A DNA stretch of 63,893 nt, counting the filler, from Dimargaris cristalligena (taxonomy: Eukaryota): NCBI GenBank assembly GCA_003614675.1. It is 3 parts of 3 records of this genome, joined end to end, with 100 filler letters (N's around TTAATTAATTAA, not from the genome) between each part and the next. Parts side by side here need not be neighbours in the genome. Positions count along the whole stretch, not along the records: positions 1 to 23,098 come from ML002620.1; 2 more parts are not named here. One strand, written 5' to 3'. A program made the translations under genes and the position numbers. The number at the start of each line of letters is the position of its first letter. Positions within the stretch are counted from its first letter, which is position 1. Under the pieces are notes generated by a model. It did no database searches. It saw only the letters and a list, made by a program, of their open reading frames with translations, and had not been told where the DNA came from. Below are positions 11,740 through 23,198 of this stretch, piece after piece.

Positions 11740-14379
11740 TTAGCGCTGAACCTTGAATTCAGGGGAGGTCCAGGTATCATATTGGGTGGCATTGTTCTTG
11801 TCACCGAAGGGACGGAGAGCTAACACTTTGAGGCGGTAAGTCCCATTGGCCATTTTAGTCAAGATGGAACCAGACTTAGTGTAACCAGTCCAGGAGAAAT
11901 CAGTATTGGGCAGATAGGACTTGAAGTTCTGGGGTACGTTGGTCAACCAGCCCGAGACAACGGCCGTGTACACCTTGTTGGCAGAGTTGAGGACCTGGAT
12001 AGTGATCTGTTGGGTAGGGTGGTCTTTGACAATAGTCACAACAGGCACGTTGTTGACCATATCGTAGGAGAGAATATTGCCGACTAAGGGCGCGTCAGTT
12101 CCGTTTGAGGCGCGCAGCATGGGGAAGGCATCGGTGTTGGGGCGAAGAATCGGCACAGTGCGGTAGTCACCCTTGAAGCCCAGGTAGGGAAGCGTGATAC
12201 CCTGAGTGGCATTGGCCCCGGAAGCATTCTGGGGAGTGATACGCACGAAACCACTGTAGACCCAGTGTTCAATGTCGGGAAGGTTGGGCAGAGTGAAGGT
12301 GGTGGTGAGACCCACGGAATCACCAGCCGCCAAACTCATCGTGGTCTGGCTTAGAATCACCGGGGCGGCGGTGTTGCTGGTGCGGACGGTATCGGCCAGG
12401 CTCTGGTTGGCCCAGTGGGCGGACACCGACTGAGCACTCCACATCTCCAGGTTCAGGGTAATGGCGGTCTTGCCGCGATTCTTGATGGTGGTGTCCCGGT
12501 TGGTCACATCGCCGTCGAACGAGCCATTCAAGGTGTCATTAAGTGCAAAGCTGTTAACGGAGGAGATGATGGGGGTGGTGATGGCGTTGTACACATTCAA
12601 CAGACCCGCGCCCTGGCGGGCGACGGTCTCGCAGCCAGTCTTGCTGGGGCAGTACGGGGTGGAGCTCTGCATGAGGAGGGCCTTGATATCCTTGGGGGAG
12701 ACCTTGGCTTCCAACATTAGGGCCACAGCGCCAGTCACATAAGCGGTAGACATGGAAGTACCGGAGTTAATAGTGTACATACCGCGCCAGGCGGGAACGG
12801 TGGAGTAGATCTTGTCACCGGGCGCACCCACTTCGGGCTTAATGTTAAGCTCAGGATCAGGGCCGTAGGAGGAGAGGTCAGCTTGGATCGAACCCGGGGT
12901 CGGGTGGTTTACGGCATGGAAAGAGGAGTCGCTGGTGAGCGTCACGGGCGTAGTGGCAGCGCTAATCTTGCTCCGCAGCCAAGCGGCATCTTCGGGGGTA
13001 ATGGGAGCCACCGAGATGGGGTGGTAGCGTCGGATGAAGTAGTAGGTAGGCAGCCCTGGAAAACCTTGGTCCAAAATGACAGCCAGAGCCCCGGCGGAGG
13101 CGGCGGCATCGACACGGTCGTCGTCATCGCAGTTCATGGTAAAGTCCAGGAGAACAATCTTGCCGGTAAGCGCACCGGGCGAGTAGCCGGCGCACCCGTA
13201 GTAGGCACCTTCCAGATCAGGCACGCGCGCCACGGGAGTGTCGGTGTACACAAGAGGAGGGAAGGGAGCGCCAAAATCAATACCGCGCATCAGTTCCTTG
13301 GTTTCACCGGCATTGATCGTCATGGTGTTGTAGTAGATCTGCTCGGAGTTGTAAGCGGTTACTGACAGGGCACTACTTCCAGTAGCCGGTGACGAGGGCG
13401 AGTAGAGGCTTTCGTGACCCAGGTTACCGTTCGCACCCACTGTAATAATGTTATACTGCCTGAAGAGAATATCCGCAACGGCGGCACTGGGGGCCTGGGC
13501 CCAGGAACCGGGCTCGCCGGCGGACACATTAATGACCTGCATGCCATCTTGTTGGGCGGCCAACATAGCCTGAACAATAATATCCTCACCAACGTCATTC
13601 GAAACACAGCCAAAGACCCGGTAAATACCGAGGGTAGCATTGGGGGCCACCCCTTCGAAAACGCCATCCTTACCCGTCGCAATACCGGCGACATGGGTAC
13701 CATGGCCGATACAGGTATCCTGTGGGTCATCATCAGGAACGGCCACGGGATTCAATACCCCGTCATAATCGTCACCAACCAGGTCCTGGCCGTAAGCCAC
13801 GCGGCAACCGGCGGTTTTGTAGCAGTTCCCGAAAGCGGGATGGGTGTAGTCCAGACCGGTGTCGATGAAGGCGATTTTGACTCCAGCACCAGTGAGATTG
13901 AGCTCCGAGCGGGCCCGGCTCACGCCACCCTGTTTCAAGGTAAGATTGGGCAGAGCCGCGGCCGCAGGGGGGCCACCTTGGCGGCGCTGCAGCGTCGAAC
14001 TGGCACTGGTTGTTGAGTTCCAGAAGCCTTCGAAACCGCCGTCCAAATAGGTGCGGGGGCCCTTCAGGAGGCGCACGGGCCAGACTTCAGCGACCTGTTC
14101 CAGGTCGGCCAGGACGTTGGGCGTGTCTTCTTCCAGGGTTACGGACATGCCGGTGAAGGCGCCTTCGTAAACCATATTGACATCATAGCCGACCCCCGAT
14201 TCGTCCAGGGACGCTGACATGGCTTGGGCGGACATGGCCATACGGGATTTGGGGTGGCGGTTGAACTGCACAATGTATCGGTTCGGGATAAACACGGGGG
14301 CGGGGGTGATAGCGTCCACAGCGGTCGCTGCGGCGGCGAGGGCTAACAACCCGTAAAGAGAGACCCACTTTGACTGCAT
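11740..14379 (-). CDS. Secreted S8 subtilisin-like protease (propeptide + S8 + PA insert + C-terminal Fn3-like region), 879 aa, intronless
   Basis: Signal peptide; triad motifs FIDTGLD, GHGTHVAG, SGTSMS; oxyanion Asn in GANGN; KPEVGAPG; PA-like GKIVLL...AGALAVIL. Confidence 0.95.
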   Translation of the reverse strand: MQSKWVSLYGLLALAAAATAVDAITPAPVFIPNRYIVQFNRHPKSRMAMSAQAMSASLDESGVGYDVNMVYEGAFTGMSVTLEEDTPNVLADLEQVAEVWPVRLLKGPRTYLDGGFEGFWNSTTSASSTLQRRQGGPPAAAALPNLTLKQGGVSRARSELNLTGAGVKIAFIDTGLDYTHPAFGNCYKTAGCRVAYGQDLVGDDYDGVLNPVAVPDDDPQDTCIGHGTHVAGIATGKDGVFEGVAPNATLGIYRVFGCVSNDVGEDIIVQAMLAAQQDGMQVINVSAGEPGSWAQAPSAAVADILFRQYNIITVGANGNLGHESLYSPSSPATGSSALSVTAYNSEQIYYNTMTINAGETKELMRGIDFGAPFPPLVYTDTPVARVPDLEGAYYGCAGYSPGALTGKIVLLDFTMNCDDDDRVDAAASAGALAVILDQGFPGLPTYYFIRRYHPISVAPITPEDAAWLRSKISAATTPVTLTSDSSFHAVNHPTPGSIQADLSSYGPDPELNIKPEVGAPGDKIYSTVPAWRGMYTINSGTSMSTAYVTGAVALMLEAKVSPKDIKALLMQSSTPYCPSKTGCETVARQGAGLLNVYNAITTPIISSVNSFALNDTLNGSFDGDVTNRDTTIKNRGKTAITLNLEMWSAQSVSAHWANQSLADTVRTSNTAAPVILSQTTMSLAAGDSVGLTTTFTLPNLPDIEHWVYSGFVRITPQNASGANATQGITLPYLGFKGDYRTVPILRPNTDAFPMLRASNGTDAPLVGNILSYDMVNNVPVVTIVKDHPTQQITIQVLNSANKVYTAVVSGWLTNVPQNFKSYLPNTDFSWTGYTKSGSILTKMANGTYRLKVLALRPFGDKNNATQYDTWTSPEFKVQR

Positions 14380-14527
14380 GCTCGGGATAGTTGATTAAGG
14401 GAAATGTGATATTGGGGAGAGTAATTAATATAATAATAGCGCGACTAGATATAAGTTGGATATATAAAGTCGGGATTGGGCATAACAAAATGAACTCGCT
14501 CTAATATTAATGGGCAAGAACAAGTTA

Positions 14528-14568
14528 TTCAACAAAAGGCATTAAGAAAAACTAACAATGGCGAGTAT
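14528..14568 (-). promoter_or_regulatory. 41-bp block upstream of subtilisin 1, identical (inverted) to 21300-21340
   Basis: TTCAACAAAAGGCATTAAGAAAAACTAACAATGGCGAGTAT is the exact reverse complement of 21300-21340. Confidence 0.7.
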
Positions 14569-17500
14569 CAAAAACGCCAAGCGATAAAAATGTATTAAAG
14601 GATAAGGGACAGGATCCCCTGGTTTTTAAATACCCGATATTATAACGACGGGTTGCAGCGGTCAAATGCAAGAGTGGAAATGTAAATAATAGCAATTGCG
14701 CTAAACAAATCAGCTCATGTTGGAACATTGAGCCAGCTAATGGGCCTGAATATCCAGCATGGCCTGGTCCACTTACGATTAGCGTATTTATCCGGTCAAT
14801 TGGGGTCATGCTTTTGACCAATCAGTACTTATCGTTTCATGGTGACTATCCCTTTCCATTTTGATCTGCGAAGGCATACAATGATCCATTGGAAGACCGG
14901 TACCTTTTTAGTCAACGATTGCCCATGCACAAGCACTAGTATTCTGGATTGGCTTAAGGATATGGTTTTGCTCAACAGGGGGGAAGGGGCGAGTGCAGCT
15001 ATCCAGGGCGGATATCACTATGGACAGGCCATGACACTGTGATTTACCAGAGGATGATCGTCGTCGAGCCAATCAATAATGTGGTGCTTATTATAGGGGG
15101 GAAGAGTGTTCTCCGCTCCAAGGTTATGATGGAGAAGTGTGGCTCTTCTTAGCCAACCAGTCCATCCTATTTGATTGGGAATTGGCTAAATTCCATGTGA
15201 TGTCCCTCATAACTGCATGAATTATCGATACCTTACTATACTAACGTTCGGGAATCCTGATTTTCTCCTTCCAGCAATCTCTCCGACCTGGGCATGAATT
15301 GTAACATGATTAATGAGGACGCAGTAGATAGTTGTTGTTGAGTGGTGCATTGTCTGGATATCGTATTAGACAATGGCGGCCATTGGCCCTATCATTAACA
15401 CAAATCCCCAAACGCTGTAGCCACCCCGCTACTGCCTCGCTTACTGTTTCAATAGTGGCAGTGCTCTGAGAAATATTTACCTCCCCCCCAACTATTTCTA
15501 TCAAAACATGGCCAGGCCGTCCTATAGCAGGGGGTTCTTAATGAATGGTCGGAGAAGATTCTTCACCTTATAATTGACAATATGGCTCTGTTTTGTTAAG
15601 AAAAGCCCTTTTAGTTATGAAACCTCACAACGACCACCCATACAAGTAGCCACACCGATTTGTCTACTACCAATTGAAAACGATCGACCTTTTTTTCACT
15701 ATTGGAATATGTATATACTCACCAAATACTATGGGCTGTGGTTGCCTTTTAGGAGGAACTCCCACGGCCGAACCTGACAGTAGTAAGAGAGTGTTGCAAT
15801 TCTGCTGATTATTATTTCTCGCCCGGTGCGGCAGTCTATCATTTCCTTACCAGTTCAATTTTGGTGTCATCAGGCACCGAAACGGGGCCAGTTTGAGGCC
15901 AGATAACAGCCTATGGTAAGTTCGCGGGGTTTATAGATAGATACCGCATAGTGTGATGTTGGCCTAACTTCTATCTAAAGAGGCTGGATTAAATGATGTC
16001 ACTTAAATATTTGGTCATCAAAATATTGACAAGTCACGTCTGAAATGCAAACCGCTTCTTGGACAGCGGCATCACTGTTGTTAACTTAGCTATTAGAATG
16101 CCGCAGAAAAGGCCCAAGAGTTTACTAATATAGGCGACGGTGTTCGCGGGCTATATTTTTATATTGTATCTTGAATGAGTATCCTGAAAATATCCCAATA
16201 CTCCGATCTGGTTTCGAAAAAACCCCCCCCGAGATGTAATATATAAAGAGGCCGATGATAGCTTTCCTAGCAGGGTTTTAGCTACCTTAGTAAATCAGAG
16301 TACATTGGCAACATCCACGTTTAGCAGGAAATGCCGTGTCTTAATATTGCACCCGACATGCCGTTGTATTATTGAGCTGCAGCTGTGTAGCGTAGGGTAT
16401 TTGCAATATCTAGCGACAGGTGGGTAATAATGCAGGGCCTAAAGTTGTTCTGTGCACATTGTACACTGCAACCACTTGTCGGTGCCAATCACCAGAATAT
16501 CGAAAAGTGGCCTGACCTCCCGGTGGAACAGACACCAACAAGGGATTAGCTAACGGTCGCCAACCTACTTGACGCGCCCAATGTACCCGGTGAATAAAAC
16601 GGGGACTACACATGTCACCCTGGGCTCTTCGTTTCAATAAAATAATTCAACAGCTATACGTATACTATTTGTGTCATGTGAAAGCTGTCCCCGGCTAAAA
16701 TATTTATCAGTATATTTGGCCCCCTTCGGCTCAACGTTATATCACCACCCACTATTGAGTGATTCACAGTTTCAAACGTTTACCAATACTACTGGATATC
16801 AACTTATTTATAGGGAAGATCGTGTACATTCAGTGACTTCGGGCGTCATCACCACCCTCATAAAATAGTCAACAGTCGTTTGTTCAAATTTTATTAGAAT
16901 GGGTACCCTAAAACTTTAGAAATGTTAGTAAAGAGTAGTTCACTGCTCCCTACTATCTATTTGTCTGTTACCAGATTTATAGACTAATTCGCTGGACGAG
17001 CAAAAAAATATGTATTTGAATCGGTTACTAAAGAAATAACTAACGTCTAACTGGGACAGCGGTAGTTTAGTTGAGTAGTGCGAGATAGATGCTAATATTC
17101 CGGTGGTGGCTTGGGAAGTCACTTCAGGGTAGGATTCTAATGAATGATTGGCGATGCCGAGATCCCCGCACTATCCCCATTTCGACCTACGCCTCGCCAG
17201 CTTAATTCGTAATTGATGTCACCATGGCATTGATAACCATGTCCCAGCTGGCCAATGATGAAGATTATTATCCCATGAGCCTTAACGCTAGGCATGGTTT
17301 GGGTCAATAGCAGTAGAGCATAACCATGGATCTAAAATAGTAAAATTGGCTTTGGTCCGTAAACCCCGTACTTCATTTCCCTGTCAATCCAATTGCCAAT
17401 CACCATTTTTTTTTAAAATGTATTAATTCGGCATCCTAATGTAGATGTTTGTGTAATAACAACCCAAGACCCTTCAGCCATGTCTTTTGCAATATTTTAT

Positions 17501-20500
17501 CATAATTGATTTATCTGAGGTTTAATAAGGTAGGCACTTTCGGCACATTGCCGATGGTACTCCGAACGCTCTAAGTCAAGATCATGTATTCTTGCCTGTT
17601 CCAATAATCGCATATCCTTATTTTGTGGTTACCATATACGAAGTTTCGAGGAGCCGGCTGAAGTGGTGCACCACAGTACTCCTGGTATAATAGAAAAGCA
17701 GAATAGTCCCATCATCCATTTGTCAATTATTAAAGCCCTAAATTCAATATTGTACCAAAGCAATCCCTCGTTCTGCCCATTGAATATAACATTCTAAAAT
17801 CTTTAACCAGACTTCCTGGAAGTAAGGACAAAACATTGTGTGCCACTGTGATCGTCGCCCGAGTTCTTTTTAGAAACCCAATATACCTGTTTGGGCCACC
17901 ACTTCTCCGGTTCAGTACAATGGTACACGGATTGCTCAACAGCTGCGGTTCAGATATTTTTCGTTTGTCAATTCGTTTTGCTATATTCAAGTATATTCCA
18001 TGATACTATTTGTATTCTAAGGCGCTTGTACTGATGACCAATTTCCGGCGGAAGCTATCCTATATATATTATCTCCGCGGCCCTATTATAACTTAAGATT
18101 TCACTTGTGGACTCGTGAATCGAGTGTTCTGAATTGTACATCTAGGAGTGGGTCTACTAATAACTGAGGAAAATGTATTTTTTTCTTATTTTATGTGCCC
18201 GAAAACATTTTTGGACGAGGGTTGCCCCATATCCTTTAGCAATTCCAATATTTAGCAAAGTATGGGGTGTCGCTTTAACACCCGTCGTATCTATTTTATT
18301 GGGCGTTCATTTATTCAGTGCTGTAAGATACACTTGTTTCACCTTGAATGGTTGTAGATGACGGCTCGACACCAAGCCAGCTCGGCCAAACACTATCCAA
18401 ATGAGTAAACCAATCCATCATAAATAGTTATTTATAGAAGTATCAAGGGGTCTTTGACCTCCACTGTGCTGTTAGTCCTGTCGGAGTTGGGCAATCTCAG
18501 GTCAACTGCCGTTGTCTTCAATGTTTACTTCCGTTTTTGGCGGTGTAAGCAAATCCTGGTGTGTGGAAATGTAGCAACGGGTGTTGCTCGCTACCAACTA
18601 CTACTGAGTGCGGATTTACTATTATTTAACGAGTTCACTAAGAGAATAAAATAAGTTTACGATTAGCCTGTTATACAAAGAGGGATACCATTAGCGCGTT
18701 TGTCCTTGAAGCCATTTTTAGCATTCACTGCTGTCGCATCTCTTCTCACGCCACACCAGGATGCCGGGGTTACATCGGGCGTTTTTCGCCAAGAGTTTGC
18801 CTATATTGTGTCAGTGAACTGAATTGAGCCGAAATGTCATGTAATTGCAAATAAAGACTGGTGTTCGACAGCCGCGCACACCGAAATAAAACCGATTCCC
18901 CTAATGAAGGAGATTACCAAACCCTCGAACACCTTAGTTTCAAAAAATAAAATAGAAAATGGCCAACAAATAGAACGACGTCCTACCATTTAGCCCCTTA
19001 AATGGATAAAGTTCCAATGGCAATCGTAGTAGTGGACTTGAACCTTAACCCCATGGGAAAAACGGACTGAAAGGAACCTAATTTCCCTTATTGGGCCATT
19101 TTACTGTTATTGATGGAGGTAATCCAGGCAACAAGCCTTCGGGTTGATTGGCACCTTGTCCATCATTGCCTCTCTATTTAGGACCAACTCGAGCCGTCCA
19201 ACTACAATCCCATTGACCGTAGAACTTGAAGGCAAATGGTGTCCGCTCCAGTATCGGCAATTTTATTTGAGAGAGGGGGGAAGGGAGGATGTAGGCAAGA
19301 GGGAGGCCGGCCCAATTATCTGCACCGGTGCTTAAGCTGAGCCCTGATGGCGGAGGGATTGCCTATCGCTTGCGGATTTTGACCAATTCATCGACTCATT
19401 CGAAGGGCCATGGTATGTATCGTTATGTTCGTCGGTAAATAGGGATTGGTGGGTGGGTATTGATAGACATCTACTTCTTGCCTGCATGGGCTAAATTGTG
19501 TATCCGCAGCAAATAGCCTCGAACAATAGTTCGCTTGTGGATGAAGCTCGAGTTGGCAAATGGGTAGCATATTTGGACACGCTTGATTAAACCACCACAT
19601 AGGCACCAGGCAGCCACGCCACGCCACAGTCATACGTTACTGCTTGGGCCTTCGGATCAGCACTTCTATTATGCTATGTTTTTTATTTTTGCGAGCAGAA
19701 GGATAATAGAGTTAGGTGGGCCATGGGAATGTGTGTCAGATTTGCTGTTACATTACTCCTCCCAGCCCACTTGTGATGAGTTACCTAAGTTCGTAAATCG
19801 GGGGTTTTTGGCGTGACGGGTTAGACACTCAAAGTAGGGTGGAGTCTTTCGAAGGGATTGCTGACCCTGGGTGTATTTTGCCTTCTTTCAAATTATGTTG
19901 CTCAGGTGAGTCTGTTCATCAATTTGGTAACGGTCATTCACAGAATGTTTCACATTCTGGCTAATGCACTTATGCTTATTTGGGCGAACCCGACTCACTT
20001 GCAAAAAAAAATTACTACAATAAAGAAAAATGTAAATGAGGTGGGTAATCCGCGTCTAATGCCAAGCGAGTGTGGCGAAAAGGAGCAGTCAGTAATACTC
20101 AAGTGAAGAGCAAAGGTGACAATCTCCCTAGTTTGGTAAAATATAGGTCTTAGTGAGCAGACGAGGGGTGGGAGGCGGTTTGTGAGTACATCACAACTGC
20201 CGCCACTGGCTGGATGCCCCGGGCGTTGGTTACGTACCACATTCGTTCTACTCTTGCCAACCTGTGGTTTCATGTATTTTAGTTGTCCTGGGGTATGCCG
20301 GGCTATGCAAAAAAACCATCAATAACCTTGCTCGTGGGTGAATAAATGGTACCCCTCTGGGGTAATACCAGGTCTAATGAAGCCTGGTTATAGTCCGACC
20401 ACCCATGATAGGCACCTCAACTGGCCACTACGCGACGTGGTTGCGTAACGGGTAACTATTTTGCCTATAGGTCGTTGGACGTGGGCATCAAGGAATCGTG

Positions 20501-21299
20501 GCGACTTGAAGCCAGTAATGCGACCCTGACCCGTTTTCTATTGCTGGGCCAATGGGGACGGCCTGTGGTTAACCCACCGAACAAATCATAAAGTAAGGAT
20601 CGGCCTCCGCCAGCTTGGATAGTTCGGATAATCTCCGTTCAAGTAATACCTATTTATTTATTTTTTGGATTAATGAGTATACTATATTCTGCCCACGCAG
20701 GTCCAGAATGGCCCTGAAGGGTAATGTGAAACTGGGGAGTATAGTGAAGCTCTATGTGGGATGAAGTAAACCGTGGCGTGTTAGCCAAGTCAAATGAGTC
20801 GACACGCTACCTAGAGCCCACCAAATAATGAGGTATGTGGACAGTGCTGAAGAAAGCCGTAACCCCCCTTTTTTCCATAGCATCCTCCAGCCCCTCTTCC
20901 CCTTCTCGGTTAAACAAAAACTAGCGCCGATCCAGGCTACAATTACTTACGCTGGGGCAATCTCTGACTTATAGGGCAATACTAGCCCAACGACTAGCAG
21001 TGTTCTCCAGTTCAACGGGTGGGGAAATGGATTGGCATCATGAAACATACTATTGGTTGGACACGAAAATGGCCCTGATACACCCAAGGAATCTAGAAAT
21101 GACCACCGGTCCAGCTCATTGTCACCATATAAGCGCAATGTGCTCAAAGGCACGGATTTACGCGGAACCTTAATTTTGCTTCTTGGTCACCTTCACGTTC
21201 TATCTTGCGAACTAACCTTCCCAACGTCGAATATTTAATGGTCACAGGCCCCTACCCATTCTCGACTTATCCATTCAATTTCATCGTTTGGCGTTTTCC

Positions 21300-21340
21300 A
21301 TACTCGCCATTGTTAGTTTTTCTTAATGCCTTTTGTTGAA
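21300..21340 (+). promoter_or_regulatory. 41-bp block upstream of subtilisin 2
   Basis: ATACTCGCCATTGTTAGTTTTTCTTAATGCCTTTTGTTGAA, 170 bp before ATG 21511. Confidence 0.7.
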
Positions 21341-21510
21341 CAAATTCTGGTCAATTAATTTCATCGCTAGCTCGTCTTGTTATGAAATAGTCTACTTCTC
21401 TCTACAAACCAATCATCTAATCCCCATTTATCTATCGGTGCTACTATTCCTAATTACTTTAAATTTATACCCCTATAATTCTTCTATACCTTAACCCACC
21501 CACCTTCAAT

Positions 21511-23036
21511 ATGCAATCCAAGTGGGTTTCCCTCTACGGTTTGTTGGCGCTCGCCGTTGCGGCGACTGCGCAGAATGCCACTGACACTGACCCAGGCACG
21601 GACTCCAGTGCCGCGGGGTACATTCCGAATCGCTACATTGTGCAATTCAATACGGACCCCACGTCTGCCATGGCCCTGTCGACCGAAGACATGACGGGTA
21701 CTTTGGACCAAGCCGGTGTGGGTTACGATATCAACATTGTCTACGATGCCCCCTTCAGCGGTATGTCTGTGACCCTGCAGGATGATAACCCCGAAGCGCT
21801 TGCCAATCTCGATAACGTGGCGGACATCTGGCCCGTGCGTCTCCTGAAGAGTCCCCAGACCAATTTGGCCTCCAACTTCGAAGGTTTCTTCAATTACAAC
21901 ACCACCGATAGCTCGGCTCTGCATCGCCGCCAGGGTGGTCCCCCGGCCGCCCCGGCTCTGCCCAACCTTACCTTGAATCAAGGTGGCGTAAGCCGCGCCC
22001 GTTCGGAGCTCGGTCTCACTGGTGCCGGTGTCAAAATCGGGATCATCGATACAGGTTTGGACTACACCCATCCCGCTTTCGGAAGCTGCTTCAAGACCTC
22101 CGGTTGCCGTGTCGCTTACGGCCGGGATCTGGTTGGTGATAATTACGATGGTGTGCTGAACCCCCATCGCGTTCCTGATAACGACCCGCAGGATACCTGT
22201 ATCGGCCACGGTACCCATGTGTCGGGTATTATGGCGGGTAAGGACGGTGTATTCGAAGGCGTGGCCCCCAAAGCTACCCTCGGTATCTACCGAGTCTTCG
22301 GCTGCCTTTCGAACGATGTCGGCGAGGACGTGATCATTCTGGCTATGCTGGCCGCTTTTGCTGACGGCATGCAGGTGATAAACGTGTCGGCCGGTGAGCC
22401 CGGTTCCTGGGCCCAGGCCCCTAGTGCAATTGTCGCTGATATTCTCTACAAGCTGAGTGGTGTCATCACCATCGCCGCCAATGGTAATCTGGGCCACGAA
22501 AGCCTCTACTCGCCCTCTTCCCCCTCGACCGCTCGCAACTCCATGTCGGTGACGGCGTATAATCCCGAGCAGATCTATTACTACACCATGACTATCANNN
22601 NNNNNNNNNNNNNNNNNNNNNNNNNNNNNNNNNNNNNNNNNNNNNNNNNNNNNNNNNNNNNNNNNNNTGCGTGTCCCCGATCTGGATGGTGCCCACTACG
22701 GGTGCGCCGGCTACTCGCCCGGTGCACTGACCGGCAAGATTGTTCTCCTGGACTTTACCATGAACTGTGATGACGACGACCGTGTTGATGCCGCCGCCGC
22801 CGCCGGGGCTCTGGCTGTCATTCTGGACCAAGGTTTCCCAGGTCTGCCTACCTACTACTTCATCCGTCGCTACCACCCCATCTCAGTGGCCCCCATTACC
22901 CCCGAGGACGCCGCTTGGCTGCGGAGTCAAATTGATGCTGGTACTGGGCCCGTGACGCTCACCAGCGACTCCTCCTTCCATGCCGTGAATCACCCAACTG
23001 CCGGTCAGATCCAAGCTGACCTCTCCTCCTACGGCC
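21511..23036 (+). CDS. Secreted S8 subtilisin paralog; partial (internal N gap 22598-22667, 3' end missing)
   Basis: Closely similar to 11740-14379: MQSKWVSLYGLLALA, IIDTGLD, GHGTHVSG and the PA domain; homology stops at ADLSSYG (23036), before the catalytic Ser. Confidence 0.9.
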
Positions 23037-23098
23037 TCCCGCTCTTCAAGTAGGCGTTCTCCCTCAAATCGAGGGACAACATCCTCAGCGAGAGCTCC

Positions 23099-23198
23099 NN
23101 NNNNNNNNNNNNNNNNNNNNNNNNNNNNNNNNNNNNNNNNNNTTAATTAATTAANNNNNNNNNNNNNNNNNNNNNNNNNNNNNNNNNNNNNNNNNNNN
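23099..23198. other. Artificial scaffold spacer N44-TTAATTAATTAA-N44
   Basis: 100-bp linker with stops in all six frames; genes on both sides are truncated. Confidence 0.95.

Noticed and set aside
14600-21200. Short ORFs in the 7-kb inter-subtilisin region
   Set aside because: No recognisable domains, transposase motifs or RNA genes by eye; a BLASTx would be needed to exclude remnants.
21484-22497. Long antisense ORFs over GC-rich genes (also 43063-43659, 60067-60888, 62823-63674)
   Set aside because: Shadow ORFs from codon bias on the opposite strand of well-supported genes.
22598-22667. Frame change within subtilisin 2
   Set aside because: The N-gap length is an estimate and is shorter than the matching stretch in copy 1.
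23037-23098. Premature stop (GLPLFK*) in subtilisin 2
   Set aside because: Homology ends abruptly 62 bp from the scaffold end; probably a chimeric contig tail rather than a real truncation.
23143-23154. TTAATTAATTAA palindrome as a biological site (also 46337-46348)
   Set aside because: Artificial six-frame stop linker flanked by Ns.
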